Shown: positions 37,166-48,369 of the stretch, one piece after another | Layout of the letters: each line of letters begins with the position of its first letter | How positions within the stretch are numbered: position 1 is the first letter of the stretch | NCBI RefSeq assembly: GCF_963921235.1 | Contig: NC_086097.1 | Coordinates: 85,562,001 to 85,626,000 of the forward strand | DNA length: 64,000 nucleotides | Direction of reading: 5' to 3' | Source: Mobula hypostoma | Lineage: Eukaryota | The notes under the pieces: model-generated | Databases searched by the model: none | Told to the model about the DNA's origin: nothing | Seen by the model: the letters and a program-made list of their open reading frames with translations, nothing else | Made by a program: the position numbers and the translations under genes

Positions 37166-38806
37166 TGTCCTCTTACATAATATTACCAACTCTCCTTAAA
37201 TTCAGCTCAGCTGCTGCAAAAGCCCTTACCTGGAACTCTGCCAACACCCATGGTAAAGCCCTTCTCTGACCTAGTCATGGGAACTTTGGAAATGTGGTGG
37301 GAAGAGGTGATTAGGCCACAGATGGTACAGTTAAGTCCCTCTGTGCACTCCCAAATCTTCACATTGTTTCACCCCATTTCATCCAAACCTTTTCTGCATA
37401 TGGCCTAATTAGCACAAAATCCCATTAACGCTTGGACTCTGTTCCATAAGGTCAAAATGTATCCTAATTTAACTTTCTGATCTTCATAAATCTTTTTAAG
37501 GTCTCATACCTCCCTATTTCATTAAGCTCCACCAGACTTTTAACCCTCTGAGATATCTGCAAGAACATTACATATCTTACAATTATCACAAAATTAATTT
37601 CTAACTACCAACTCTAAGCATATCTGCAGCTGTAGATCCCCTTATTTCAATGCATCATTTGAAACTCAGCTCCAAAAATGATATATGTGTATCAAACACC
37701 CTATAAAAGATGCACAGTGCAGATGATCCATGGGCCAACATCCTCAGTCTAGCACAAGATTGAAGATGTAAAAGGCCTTTTCTCCACCAGCTGCCTTTGT
37801 AGGCCGTTGGTTGCAATGATAAGGAATAAAGGCCTGAGAATAAACTGTCAGAGGCATTCACTAAGAGCATGGTTTTGAACTGTCGGATCTGCTCAAAGTT
37901 GCAGTAGCAGAAAGCTGCATTGCAAACTGATTCAGCTGATTTGCATGACATTGTTTGAACTTGAGTTACTGCAGGCGTATCTGCTATTTTGTCCTGTCTG
38001 TCACTTACGGTAGTTGTAGTGTGACAGTTGTGCAATATTCTACTGAAGGTCTCCAAGTGTTTTGGTGGGTATCTTGTCCAATGATGCCAGCATAATTTAG
38101 AGTACATTGCATCATGCACTGGTAACAAAGTTCTCAGTGCAGTAGGTGGAATCAGTCACAAGTATTTAAATAAAAACACCTAGGGGATTTTTCAGGTTAT
38201 TAATGGACCATCAACAACAGGTAACTGAACAGAAGATTAACTTTCACCTTGTTTCTCAGAACTGAAAAGCTTGCTCATACATGTAGGGCTTAATGCTTAG
38301 CTCCAAGCAATATCCATCAGTGGCTAGTTTATTAGATATACCTTTACACCTGTTCATTAATGCAAATGTCCAATCAGCCAATCATGTGCACCAGCTCAAT
38401 GCATAAAGGATGCAGACAGGATCAAGATACTCAGTTGTTGTTCAGACCAAATATCAGAATGGGGAAGAAATGTCATCTAAGTGACTTTGACTTTGGACTG
38501 ACTGTTGGTTGCCAGTAGTGGTTTCAGTATCTCAGTAAATGCTGAGCTTCTGGGATTTTCACGCACATCATTCCCTAGAGTTTACAGAGAATGGTGCGAG
38601 AAACAAAAAATATCCAGTGAGCAATAGTTCTGGGGGTGAAAATGCCTTTTTAATGTGAGAGGTCAGTGGAGAATGGTTCATGATGACATGTGTTACAACA
38701 GTGGCATGCAGAAGAGCATCTCTGAATGCACAACACATCGAACCTTAACGTGAATCAGCTACAGCGGCAGAAGACCATGAACATACACTCAGTGACCACT
38801 TTATTA

Positions 38807-40402
38807 CAGACCCCATTTCCAGAAAAGTTGGGATATTTTCCAAAATGCGATAAAAACAAAAATCTGTGATATGTTAATTCACGTGAACCTTTATTTAACT
38901 GACAAAAGTACAAAGAAAAGATTTTCAATAGTTTTACTGACCAACTTAATTGTATTTTGTAAACATACACAAATTTAGAATTTGATGGCTGCAACACACT
39001 CAACAAAGGTTGGGACAGAGGCATGTTTATGATTGTGTTACATCACCTTTCCTTTTAATTACACTTTTTAATCGTTTTGGAACTGAGTATACTAATTGTA
39101 GTAGATTTGCAATTGGAAATTTTGTCCATTCTTGCTTGATATAAGACTTCAGCTGCTCAACAGTCCGTGGTCTCCGTTGTCTGATTCTCCTCTTCATGAT
39201 GTGCCATACATTTTCAATAGGAGATAGATCTGGACTGGCAGCAGGCCAGTCAAGCACACGCACTCTGTGTCTACAAAGCCACGCTGTTGTAGCCCGTGCA
39301 GAATGTGGTCTGGCATTGTCCTGCTGAAATAAGCATGGACGTCCTGGGAAGAGACGTCGCCTTGATGGCAACATATGACTCTCTAAAATCCTAATATACG
39401 CCTCAGAGTCAATGGTACCTTCACATACATGCAACTCACCCATGCCATGGGCACTGATGCGCCCCCATACCATCACAGATACTGGCTTTTGCACCTTTCA
39501 CAGATAACAATCTGGATGGTCATTTTCATCTTTGGCACGAAGAACTCGACGCCCGTTTTTTCCGAAAACTAGCTGAAATGTGGACTCATCTGACCACAGT
39601 ACACAGTTCCACAGTCTTTCGGTCCATCTGAGATGAGCTCGGGCCCAGGGAACTCGCCGGCATTTCTGCATAGAGTTGATGTATGGCTTCCTCCTTGTGT
39701 AATAGAGTTTCAAGTTGCATTTCTGGATGCAGCGACGGACTGTGTTGAGTGACAATGGTTTTCCAAAGTACTCCCGAGTCCAGGTGGCTACAATTGTCAC
39801 AGTAGCATGATGGTTTCTTAGGCAGTGCCGCCTGAGGGCTCGAAGATCACGCGCATTAAACAGTGGTTTCCAACCTTGCCCTTTATGCACTGAGATGTCT
39901 CTGAATTCTCTGAATCTTTTCACAATATTATGTACTGTAGATGTTGAAAGACCTAAATTCTCTGCAATCTTGTGTTGAGAAATGTTCCTTTTGAACTAAC
40001 AATTCGCTCACGAATTTTGGCACAAAGGGGTGAGCTACGACCCATCCTTGCTTGCAAAGGCTGAGCCTTTGATGGACGCTACTTTTATACCCAGTCATGA
40101 TACCTCACCTGCTACCAATTAGCCTGCTTAATGTGGAGTCTTCCAAACCGGTGTTACTTGAATATTCTGTGCAATTTTCAATCTTATTTTAACTCTGTCC
40201 CAACTTTTGTTGAGTGTGTTGCAGCCACCAAATTCTAAATTTGTGTGTATTTACAAAAAACAATTAAGTTGGTCAGTAAAACTATTGAAAATCTTTTCTT
40301 TGTAGTTTTGTCAGTTAAATAAAGGTTCACGTGAATTAACATATCACAGATTTTTTTTTTGCATTTTGGAAAATATCCCAACTTTTCTGGAAATGGGGTT
40401 TG
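38807..40402 (-). mobile_element. Tc1-family (DD34E) DNA transposon with ~210-bp IR/DR-type TIRs
   Basis: TA|cagaccccatttccagaaaagttggga ... tcccaacttttctggaaatggggtttg|TA. Inner direct repeat caacaaaggttgggaca. Confidence 0.95.
39027..40045 (-). pseudogene. Tc1 transposase (DD34E) with a frameshift near the 5' end and an internal stop at about 39498
   Basis: ATG at 40045 (MGRSSPLC...). WSDES, then FQQDNARPH...SPDLSPIENVW with 34 residues between D and E (counted). Confidence 0.92.
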
Positions 40403-41706
40403 TAGATAAATGAGGTACCTAATAAAGCAGCCATTGAGTGTACTTATGATCTGTCTGCATGGCATGAGAACGATGATTACTTGCTGTATCTCACTACATT
40501 TGACAATAATAAACCAATTACCAATAGTTTTTCAGTGTTGATGGATTCACTTCACTTAAACAGCAACCAAACTGGAAACACGATAGTAAATTTCACAGCA
40601 TCATAAAAAAAGTAGACTCTATGTAAGCTCATTTTATTAAGCATACAAATGTTTTCAGGATATTTTTCTTCACTCTGCTTGCTATTTATAGTTTCATTGC
40701 TTATTGAAGGATGGTGCAGTTACAGTGCCATAGGTACTGGGCAGAATATGTATATCAGTGGGGTGCTGGAGGGAGAGTGAGGGCTGGAGAGAGTGGTGTG
40801 TATGTGGGGTGCTTACAGAATAAAGTGTGTGAAATAAAATGGGGTTTCTGGATAAGGGAAGGCTGTTTAGGACAGAAGTGAGGAGTATGTGGAGAGGACG
40901 GGGTTTACCTATAGGAGGAAATGTGAGGCTGATGGGAATAATTTGTGTGGTTATAGGCCCCAGTGAATGACAGGTACTTGGAGGGTTGATTCCTTCGACA
41001 GTGAAGTGTTGATAGTGGAACTTTTCCTGTGGTAGGGTGAGGAGTAGGATGCTACTCACAATGTGCCGAGCTCTCATCACCCTGATCCAGTGTTAATGTG
41101 CTGGACACGATAACATGGGGCTATTCATGATTATGTCCAAGAGCAAAAGAAGTATTGTTGAGGTGCAGGATGAAAACATTTGAAAAGAACTAGATTGTTC
41201 CAGCCTTAGCTGCCTGTGCTTCACTATTTCTGCTATCTGGTACAACTAAAAAGATGAATCAATAAATTCCTTGTCTGTACAACTTTATTATATCAAGCCT
41301 CAACATGAGCAGGCATCCAAAGGGGAAATGGCACAAAACTTGTAAGAATCTCCTTTCAAAAATGTAAGACATTATCAATCAAAGTGGAAAAAATCCAATT
41401 TTTAAAAAAAGGAACTAGATTGAAATCTAGGCAAGTTAGCAATACTATACTGCAATTAGGAATTATCAAAGCACCTTTAACTTAGTAAAAATCCCAAAAG
41501 GACAATTATGAAACAAAATGTGTCAAAGTCTCTCAGGCAGATACTGGATCAGATAGCAGAGAAAGATAAAATTTTAAAAATGTAGACCTTAAGAAGATGA
41601 GTGAAGAAGAGAGGGAATTCCAGGCTTAAAATTGGGTAGTTTCCAGTCCCTTGCAGAACTATCAGTGATACAACATTGAAAAGTGGTGGGGGGAGTTGCC
41701 AAAGAT

Positions 41707-41917
41707 GTCAGAGGTGGAAGTGTGCAAGCGTGGTGGAGGATTTTGGGGTTTTACAGGTAAGAGAGGCCCAATGCAAAAAGGAATACTGAAAATAACATTT
41801 AAAAGTCAGGGGTGCCCTGGAGGTCAGAGCTGGAAGTGTGCAAGCATGGCAGAGGATTTTGGGGTTGGAAGGTGTTTTGCAGGGAAAGAGAGGGCCATTG
41901 CAAAAAGGGATCCTGGA
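41707..41917. repeat. Imperfect tandem duplication (~115-bp period)
   Basis: gtcagag(g/c)tggaagtgtgcaagc..gaggattttggggtt...aagagagg(cc/gc)ca.tgcaaaaagg occurs twice. Confidence 0.8.
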
Positions 41918-43122
41918 CACAAGGATAAGAAGTTTGAAAATCTCTTCATTGGTGTCATTGGGTACTCAGTAAGCACAGAGCTGACGGGTTAAGAAGCATC
42001 GTGGTTTCAATATCCAGTAAAATTTGGAAGCTGTCAAGTTTGTTCGAAGTCTAATGGATTGAATGCACAACGACAACAAAGATGAAGACTTGGGAGCCCA
42101 GGAAGGACAATTACTCTCAGCTTCCTAGGGTCTGGCATGGGGAAAAATACAGATGGGTGTTGCTCTTGACCTCAGATACAACCAGTCGCCTCACTGGGTT
42201 TGTGCCATGCTGGATATTGGATGTGAACAGGACTGAGTTAAAAGGCTCATTGGTAAGCCACCTGAGGAATTACATAGTACAAGGAGTCACCCCTTCAGGA
42301 GAGGTGAGGAAAGGGGAAAAACAGAGAGCAGGAACACTGCAACTGAGTTTCTCTACTTGCATCAACTTTATGTTTAGGTTTCAATGTATGTTCAGGGCTA
42401 TTAACAAACAGATTAGTGCAATAAAATTAAAATTGGTTTAAAGACAGTTATTGTAATTGGACCCAATCTCGCTCAAGTCCAATGAAAACACTGACAATGG
42501 GAGACTTTCCAGCTTTAATTAAGAATATATAGCCCAGTCAGTGACATGTAGATATTAGTCTTCAGCTAATCAACTAATTAAAACATTACAGTTTAACACC
42601 CATTCATTAAACACTGAACCAGTTTGTCTGAACATAGCAAAGAGCTTACATAAATCTGTTTACCCAAGAGTAATATCTAATTGAACTTTTACTGTAGGTC
42701 AGACTCTAGTAACATTAACCCAAAAGCACCGATAACCTAAAGGTAAATACAAATAAATTTGCTAGTAACATAGTGCTGTAATTATACAGGGTACTTGTAT
42801 TTACACCAACACAGTTGTTTTTAATCTAGTGTATTTTCACACAATTTTACATCATATTTTACAATATATTTTATACAAAGCGGCTATATTTTTAAATCCA
42901 CACTTTTAAACTTAGGTTGAAAGTACGTATGCAGAATACAACTCTGAGATTTGTCTTCTCCAGATAGCTATAAAATACAGAAAACCATTGAAGTAGTTGA
43001 ACGAAAGACATCGAATCCTCCCACCCAACAACAGGAATTCTGCAGATGCTGGAAATTCAAGCAACACACATAAAAGTTGCTGGTGAACGCAGCAGGCCAG
43101 GCAGCATCTCTAGGAAGAGGTG

Positions 43123-43160
43123 CAGTCGACGTTTCAGGCTGAGACCCTTCGTCAGGACTA
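43123..43160 (-). ncRNA. Minimal type I hammerhead ribozyme motif in the 3' pLTR
   Basis: Minus strand: tagtc-CTGACGA-AGGGTCTCAGCCT-GAAA-CGTC-gactg. Stem I agtc/gact, conserved core CUGANGA/GAAA, GUC cleavage triplet, palindromic ACGT in place of stem III. Confidence 0.75.
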
Positions 43161-43446
43161 ACTGAAGGAAGAGTGAGTAAGGGATTTGAAAGTTGGAGGG
43201 GGAGATCCAAAATGATAGGAGAAGACGGGGGGGGGGGATCGAGCCAAGAGCTGGACAGGTGATAGGCAAAAGGGATATGAGAGGATCATGAGACAGGAGG
43301 TCTGGGAAGAAAGACAAGGGGTGGAGGGGACCCAGAGGACGGGCAAGGGGTATATTCAGAGGGACAGAGGGAGAAAAAGGAGAGTGAGAGAAAGAATGTG
43401 TGTATAAAAATAAGTAACAGATGGGGTACGAGGAGGAGGTGGAGCA

Positions 43447-46400
43447 TTAGCGGAAGTTAGAGAAGTTGATGTTCTTGCCATCAGGTTGGAGGCTACCCAG
43501 ACTGAATATAAGGTGTTGTTCCTCCAACCTGAGTGTGGCTTCATCTTTACAGTAGAGGAGGCTGTGGATAGACATGTCAGAATGGGAATGGGATGTGGAA
43601 TTAAAATGTGTGGCCACTGGGAGATCCTGCTTTCTCTGGCGGACAGAGCGTAGATGTTCAGCAAAGTGGTCTCCCAGTCTGCGTCGGGTCTCGCCAATAT
43701 ATAAAAGGCCACATCGGGAGCACCGGACGCAGTATATCACCCCAGCCGACTCACAGGTGAAGTGTTGCCTCACCTGGAAGGACTGTTTGGGGCCCTGAAT
43801 GGTGCTAAGGGAGGAAGTGTAAGGGCATGTGTAGCACTTGTTCCGCTTACACGGATAAGTGCCAGGAGGGAGATCAGTGGGGAGGGATGGGGGGGACGAA
43901 TGGACAAGGGAGTTGCGTAGGGAGCGATCCCTGCAGAATGCGGGGGGGGGGGGGAGGGAAAGATGTGCTTAGTGGTGGGATCCCGTTGGAGGTGGTGGAA
44001 GTTATGGAGAATAATATGTTGGACCTCGGAGGCTGGTGGGGTGGTAGGTGAGGACCAGGGGAACCCTGTTCCTAGTGGGGTGGCGGGAGGATGGAGTGAG
44101 AGCAGATGTACGTGAAATGGGGGAGATGAGTTTAAGAGCAGAGTTGATAGTGGAGGAAGGGAAGCCCCTTTCTTTAAAAAAGGAAGATATCTCCCTCATC
44201 CTAGAATGAAAAGCCTCATCCTGAGAGCAGATGCGGCGAAGATGGAGGAATTGCGAGAAGGGGATGGCGTTTTTGCAAGAGACAGGGTGAGAAGAGGAAT
44301 AGTCCAGATAGCTGTGAGAGTCAGTAGGCTTATAGTAGACATCAGTGGATAAGCTGACTCCAGAGACAGAGACAGAAAGATCTAGAAAGGGGAGGGAGGT
44401 GTCGGAAATGGACCAGGTAAACTTGAGGGCAGGATGAAAGTTGGAGGCAAAGTTAATAAAGTCAACGAGTTCTGCATACGTGCAGGAAGCAGCGCCAATA
44501 CAGTCGTCGATGTAGCGAAGGAAAAGTGGGGGACAGATACCAGAATAGGCATGAAACATAGATTGTTCCACAAAGCCAACAGAAAGGCAGGCATAGCTAG
44601 GACCCATACGGGTGCCCATAGCTACACTTTTAGTTTGGAGGAAGTGGGAGGAGCCAAAGGAGAAATTATTAAGAGTAAGGACTAATTCCGCTAGACGGAG
44701 CAGAGTGGTGGTAGAGGGGAACTGATTAGGTCTGGAATCCAAAAAGAAGCGTAGAGCTTTGAGACCTTCCTGATGGGGGATGGAAGTATATAGGGACTGG
44801 ACATCCATGGTGAAAATAAAGCGGTGCGGGCCAGGGAACTTAAAATCATCGAAAAGTTTAAGAGCGTGAGAAGTGTCATGAACATAGGTCGGAAGGGATT
44901 GAACAAGGGGGGGATAAAACCGTGTCGAGGTATGCAGAAACGAGTTCGGTGGGGCAGGAGCAAGCTGAGACAATAGGTCGGCCAGGACAGGCAAGTTTGT
45001 GGATCTTGGGTAGGAGGTAGAAATGGGAAGTGCGAGGTGTGGGAACTATAAGGTTGGTAGCAGTGGATGGGAGATCCCCTGAGCGGATAAAGTCGGTGAT
45101 GGTGTGGGAGACAATGGCCTAGTGCTCCTTAGTGGGGTCACGATCGAGGGGTAAATAAGAGGAGGTATCCGCGAGTTGTCGCTGTGCCTCGGCAAGGTAG
45201 AGGTCAGTACGCCAGACTACAACAGCACCCCCCTTATCGGCGGGTTTAATAATAAGGTTAGGATTAGTGCGCAGGGAGTGGAGAGCAGAGCGTTCCGAAG
45301 GTTGGAATGGGAACAAGGTGCGGTGAAGTCGAGACGGTTGATGTCCCGTCGGCAGTTAGCGATAAAGAGATCCAAAGCAGGCAGAAGACCAGAGTGGGGT
45401 GTCCATGAAGAAGAAGAGGGTTGAAGATGGGAGAAGGGGTCATCGGTGGGGGTGGAAGAGTCCTTGCCGAAGAAGTAGGCTCGGAGACGGAGACGGCGGA
45501 AGAAAAGTTCCGCATCATGGCGAACACGGAACTCACTGAGGTGTGGGCGAAGGGGGACAAAGATGAGGCCCTTACTGAGGACAGAGCGTTCTGCCTCCGA
45601 CAGTTGAAGGTCGGAGGGGATGGTAAAGACCCGGCACGGATGAGAACTGGGATCAGAGGCAGGAGGGGGGAGGCTGGGGGTGTCAATGGAGAGGGGAGGG
45701 TTGGGGTGAGAGGAAGATGGAGCCTCTGAGGGCCCAGGAGCTGACGGTGGGATCTGAGGGAGATGGGATTGCAGAGTATTGGTGGGGGAAGGGGAAACGG
45801 GAGTCACAATAGCAGCACATAAAGACCCGGCCTGGAGTTCAAGGCTGGAGTCACAGTTGGTGGTTGTGCAATCACTTTGAATGTCTCCATGGTCGTTGCT
45901 GGAGTCCGGGTTTTGAATATGCCCTGAGGTGTTGGAGCCGGCGAGATCAATGGCAGGGGCCGCATCTGAAGTTCATGCCTGCTAGTTTCATGGCCAGCAG
46001 GCTCTGGAGTTCGTAGATGTAGGATCTTGAAATCTTTGCCTAACATGAAAAAGTCAAAAAAACGGCGATTGCAGGCGTGAATCCGATGGAGGATGAAATA
46101 ACGGGTAGGACCATTACAGACGGTGAAGAAAGTGTCCCGAAGGTGTGGAAGGGTCTGGGATAGGGACACCAAGTACCTCCTCATGGTGGAGACAGTCGCC
46201 TTCAGAGCTTGACGGGAGAAGCGGCAAGAGGCAGAGTCAATAAAATGTGAGTACCTGGGATCCTCAGAAGGTCCAAATTGAGAGGCTTGGAAACGAATCC
46301 TAAAGCCAACTGGAGTAAGTTGGTGACGGAGACACATTCCAAGAAAGGATATATGGCTGTGATAGTGAGTCTGAGTCAAAGTGTGGTCGAAAAGTTGAAG

Positions 46401-46491
46401 AGCCGAAGAAATTACAGATGGGGAGCAGTGAGAGATGGTTTCACTGAACTCCCGTCGAAGAGAGGATCTAAACTTCTTCGTTGTAGGCATC
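43447..46491 (-). pseudogene. Penelope-like polyprotein (N-terminal domain, RT, GIY-YIG), several frameshifts and stops
   Basis: Collinear ORFs 45804-46568, 45217-45807, 45119-45316, 44002-44994 and 43447-43773. Likely start MPTTKKFRS. Confidence 0.9.
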
Positions 46492-46623
46492 ACCGGAAGA
46501 GGCTTCACAGTAGTGAATTTAAACGCAAACAACAGGAATTCTGCAGATGCTGGAAATTCAAGCAACACACATCAAAGTTGCTGGTGAACGCAGCAGGCCA
46601 GGCAGCATCTGTAGGAAGAGGTG

Positions 46624-46659
46624 CAGTCGACGTTTCAGGCCGAGACCCTTCGTCAGGAC
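46624..46659 (-). ncRNA. Minimal type I hammerhead ribozyme motif in the 5' pLTR
   Basis: Minus strand: gtc-CTGACGA-AGGGTCTCGGCCT-GAAA-CGTC-gactg. Confidence 0.7.
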
Positions 46660-47384
46660 AGCAGGCCAGGCAGCATCTCTAGGAAGAGGTACAGTCGACG
46701 TTTCAGGCCGACATGAAAAGAAAAAGAAACAGAAACTCACAACCCCCAACACCCCCCCATTTCCTCCCTCACTAAAAAGTTAACAGATCACCCACATGAA
46801 GAAACAACAGCAAGATCTTCAAACCCCAAACTTCCAGCCTGCCAATCAGCAACAAGAGAGAATGGGTGAGAACACGAGAAAAAGCATAGAACTAAGAGAG
46901 GCCAATATGAAGTACAGTCCAATTCTTAAATCTCAGAATCTCAGTAACATCTCTGAGGGCAGTGACTCGAACCAGTGACCACAAACCAAATGTGAAGAAG
47001 CTATCTTCTTTTCTCTGTATCTTAAAGGTGAGAACGAGGATACATGATTGTAATCTTATTTTATACATGCAGTGTTAAATCTCCATGATATATTGTTTAT
47101 TTCACATGGTTATTGCATCGTATATCTAGGGGGAGCATAACACTTAAAAATGCCACTGAGTTCCAGCTCATCTTCTAACCTCTTTTGCTTGGAACAGGTG
47201 CTGCTTCTCCTCCAGTATTGATTCATTATTCAAATACACTCCATAATATCATGACCGAGTTTGTCCAATGAGCACATAAATAAGTTTCCCAGCCACTATC
47301 ACTAGATAATGACAAGGAATATTAAGAAAGACTGAACCCGATACATGCAAATCCTCCAGCTAAAGATCAGGTAATTATTTCTTT

Positions 47385-47995
47385 TACTCATTTTTCAGAT
47401 CTGGTGTTGCTGCCAGGGCCAGAATTTATTGCCCATCCTTCATTGTCTTTAAGAAGGCAGCAGCAAGCTGCTTTCTAGAACTGGTGCAGTTCCTCTGGTG
47501 AAAGCACTCCTGCAGATTCATTGGGCGGCAAGTCCCAGGATTTGGGCTCAGCGACAGTGAAGGACCAGTCTATACTTCAAAGTTGGGCGGAGGGTGACTT
47601 AGAGGGGAAGCTGGTGTTCCCGCATACTTGCTGCCCTTATCCTGCTTTGCTGTGGAGGTTTGCAGTTTGAGAGGTGATGTTGGTGTAGATGGACAGTGCA
47701 CTTTGTAGATAATATATATTGCTGCCAATGTGAGGTGACAGTGGAGGCATTGAATATTTAGGGTTGTTGAGAGGTGCCAATCAATTGGGCTTCTGGAGAA
47801 TTGTCGGACCTGCATCCTTTCAGCCAAGTGGAGAATATTCCACAACCCTCTTGTCTTATTAAATATGGTTGAGAAGCTTTGGAGTGTCAGGAAGTGAGTC
47901 ACTCACGGCAGGACAACCAGTCTCCAACCTGCGCTTGAAACCTCTGTATTAACATGCTTGCAACAGGCGAATCTCAGATCTCCGATGACCTCAGG
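47385..47995 (-). mobile_element. Old degenerate LINE (CR1/L2 group) 3' portion
   Basis: atttattgcccatcc...gaaggcagcagcaagctgctttctagaactggtgcagt resembles an antisense elasmobranch LINE 3' end. The family is not resolved. Confidence 0.45.
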
Positions 47996-48221
47996 ATGCT
48001 GATCCACAATATCAAGAAATCAGCTTCATTTGATGTAACATGTGTCTCTGCAGCACTTTAAATGTTGTATTTCATCCCAACCTGCCACCAGGAGCACAAT
48101 TAGACTGAGCATGGAAGCACATTTCAAACAGTACATCGACAGTACTTCACTGATTGACTACCTCAACTGTGTGCAGCACCTTACATCATCGCTGGATGGA
48201 CAGTTCCCAATAGGTACTGGA

Positions 48222-48365
48222 GGAAGGTCTCGGCCTGAAACCAGACCTTATTCATTTGAAATAATCAATAAATAATTTCCATGGATGCTAGCCGACCTGC
48301 TGAGTTCCTCCAGCATTTTGTGTCTGTTGCTTTGGACTGCCAGCATCTTCAGAATTTCTCCTGTT
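48222..48365 (+). mobile_element. Solo Penelope pLTR (degenerate)
   Basis: gaaggtctcggcctgaaac...ggatgctagccgacctgctgagttcctccagcattttgtgt...ccagcatc. Confidence 0.7.
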
Positions 48366-48369
48366 TAAG

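Larger units (their letters stand above)
38314..40440 (+). mobile_element. Second copy of the non-autonomous Tc1-like element (cf. 2395-2950), interrupted by a Tc1
   Basis: Near-identical body (cagttgttgttcagaccaaatatcagaatggggaagaaatg...). Terminal sequence resumes at 40405 (gtacctaataaagcagccattgagtg|TA). Confidence 0.8.
43028..46710 (-). mobile_element. Near full-length Penelope-like retroelement (RT + GIY-YIG) with direct pseudo-LTRs
   Basis: pLTRs at 43028-43160 and 46528-46659 (plus a partial tandem copy 46660-46710). RT motifs IKPADKGGAVVV, MDVQSLYTSIPH, AMGTRMGPSYA, LRYIDD. Endonuclease FTCESAGVIYCVRCSRCGLLYIGETRRRL. Confidence 0.95.
42915..46980 (-). mobile_element. SINE-like retroposon (same family as 22398-22795) split by the Penelope insertion (42915-43027 and 46711-46980)
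   Basis: Shared tail gtatgcagaatacaactctgagatt..ttctccagatagc. Similar A/C-rich body resumes after 46710. Confidence 0.5.

Noticed and set aside
37655..38128. 157-aa minus-strand ORF in unique sequence
   Set aside because: No recognisable domain, non-ATG start and no supporting splice structure. Probably a chance ORF.
41030..41090. Hairpins agggtga/tcaccct and gagtag/ctactc
   Set aside because: Short stems compatible with chance, with no snoRNA or miRNA hallmarks.
47198..47370. Exon-like segment (ttttgcttggaacag|...cag|gtaatt)
   Set aside because: Stops occur in all three frames. At most a non-coding exon, which sequence alone cannot support.
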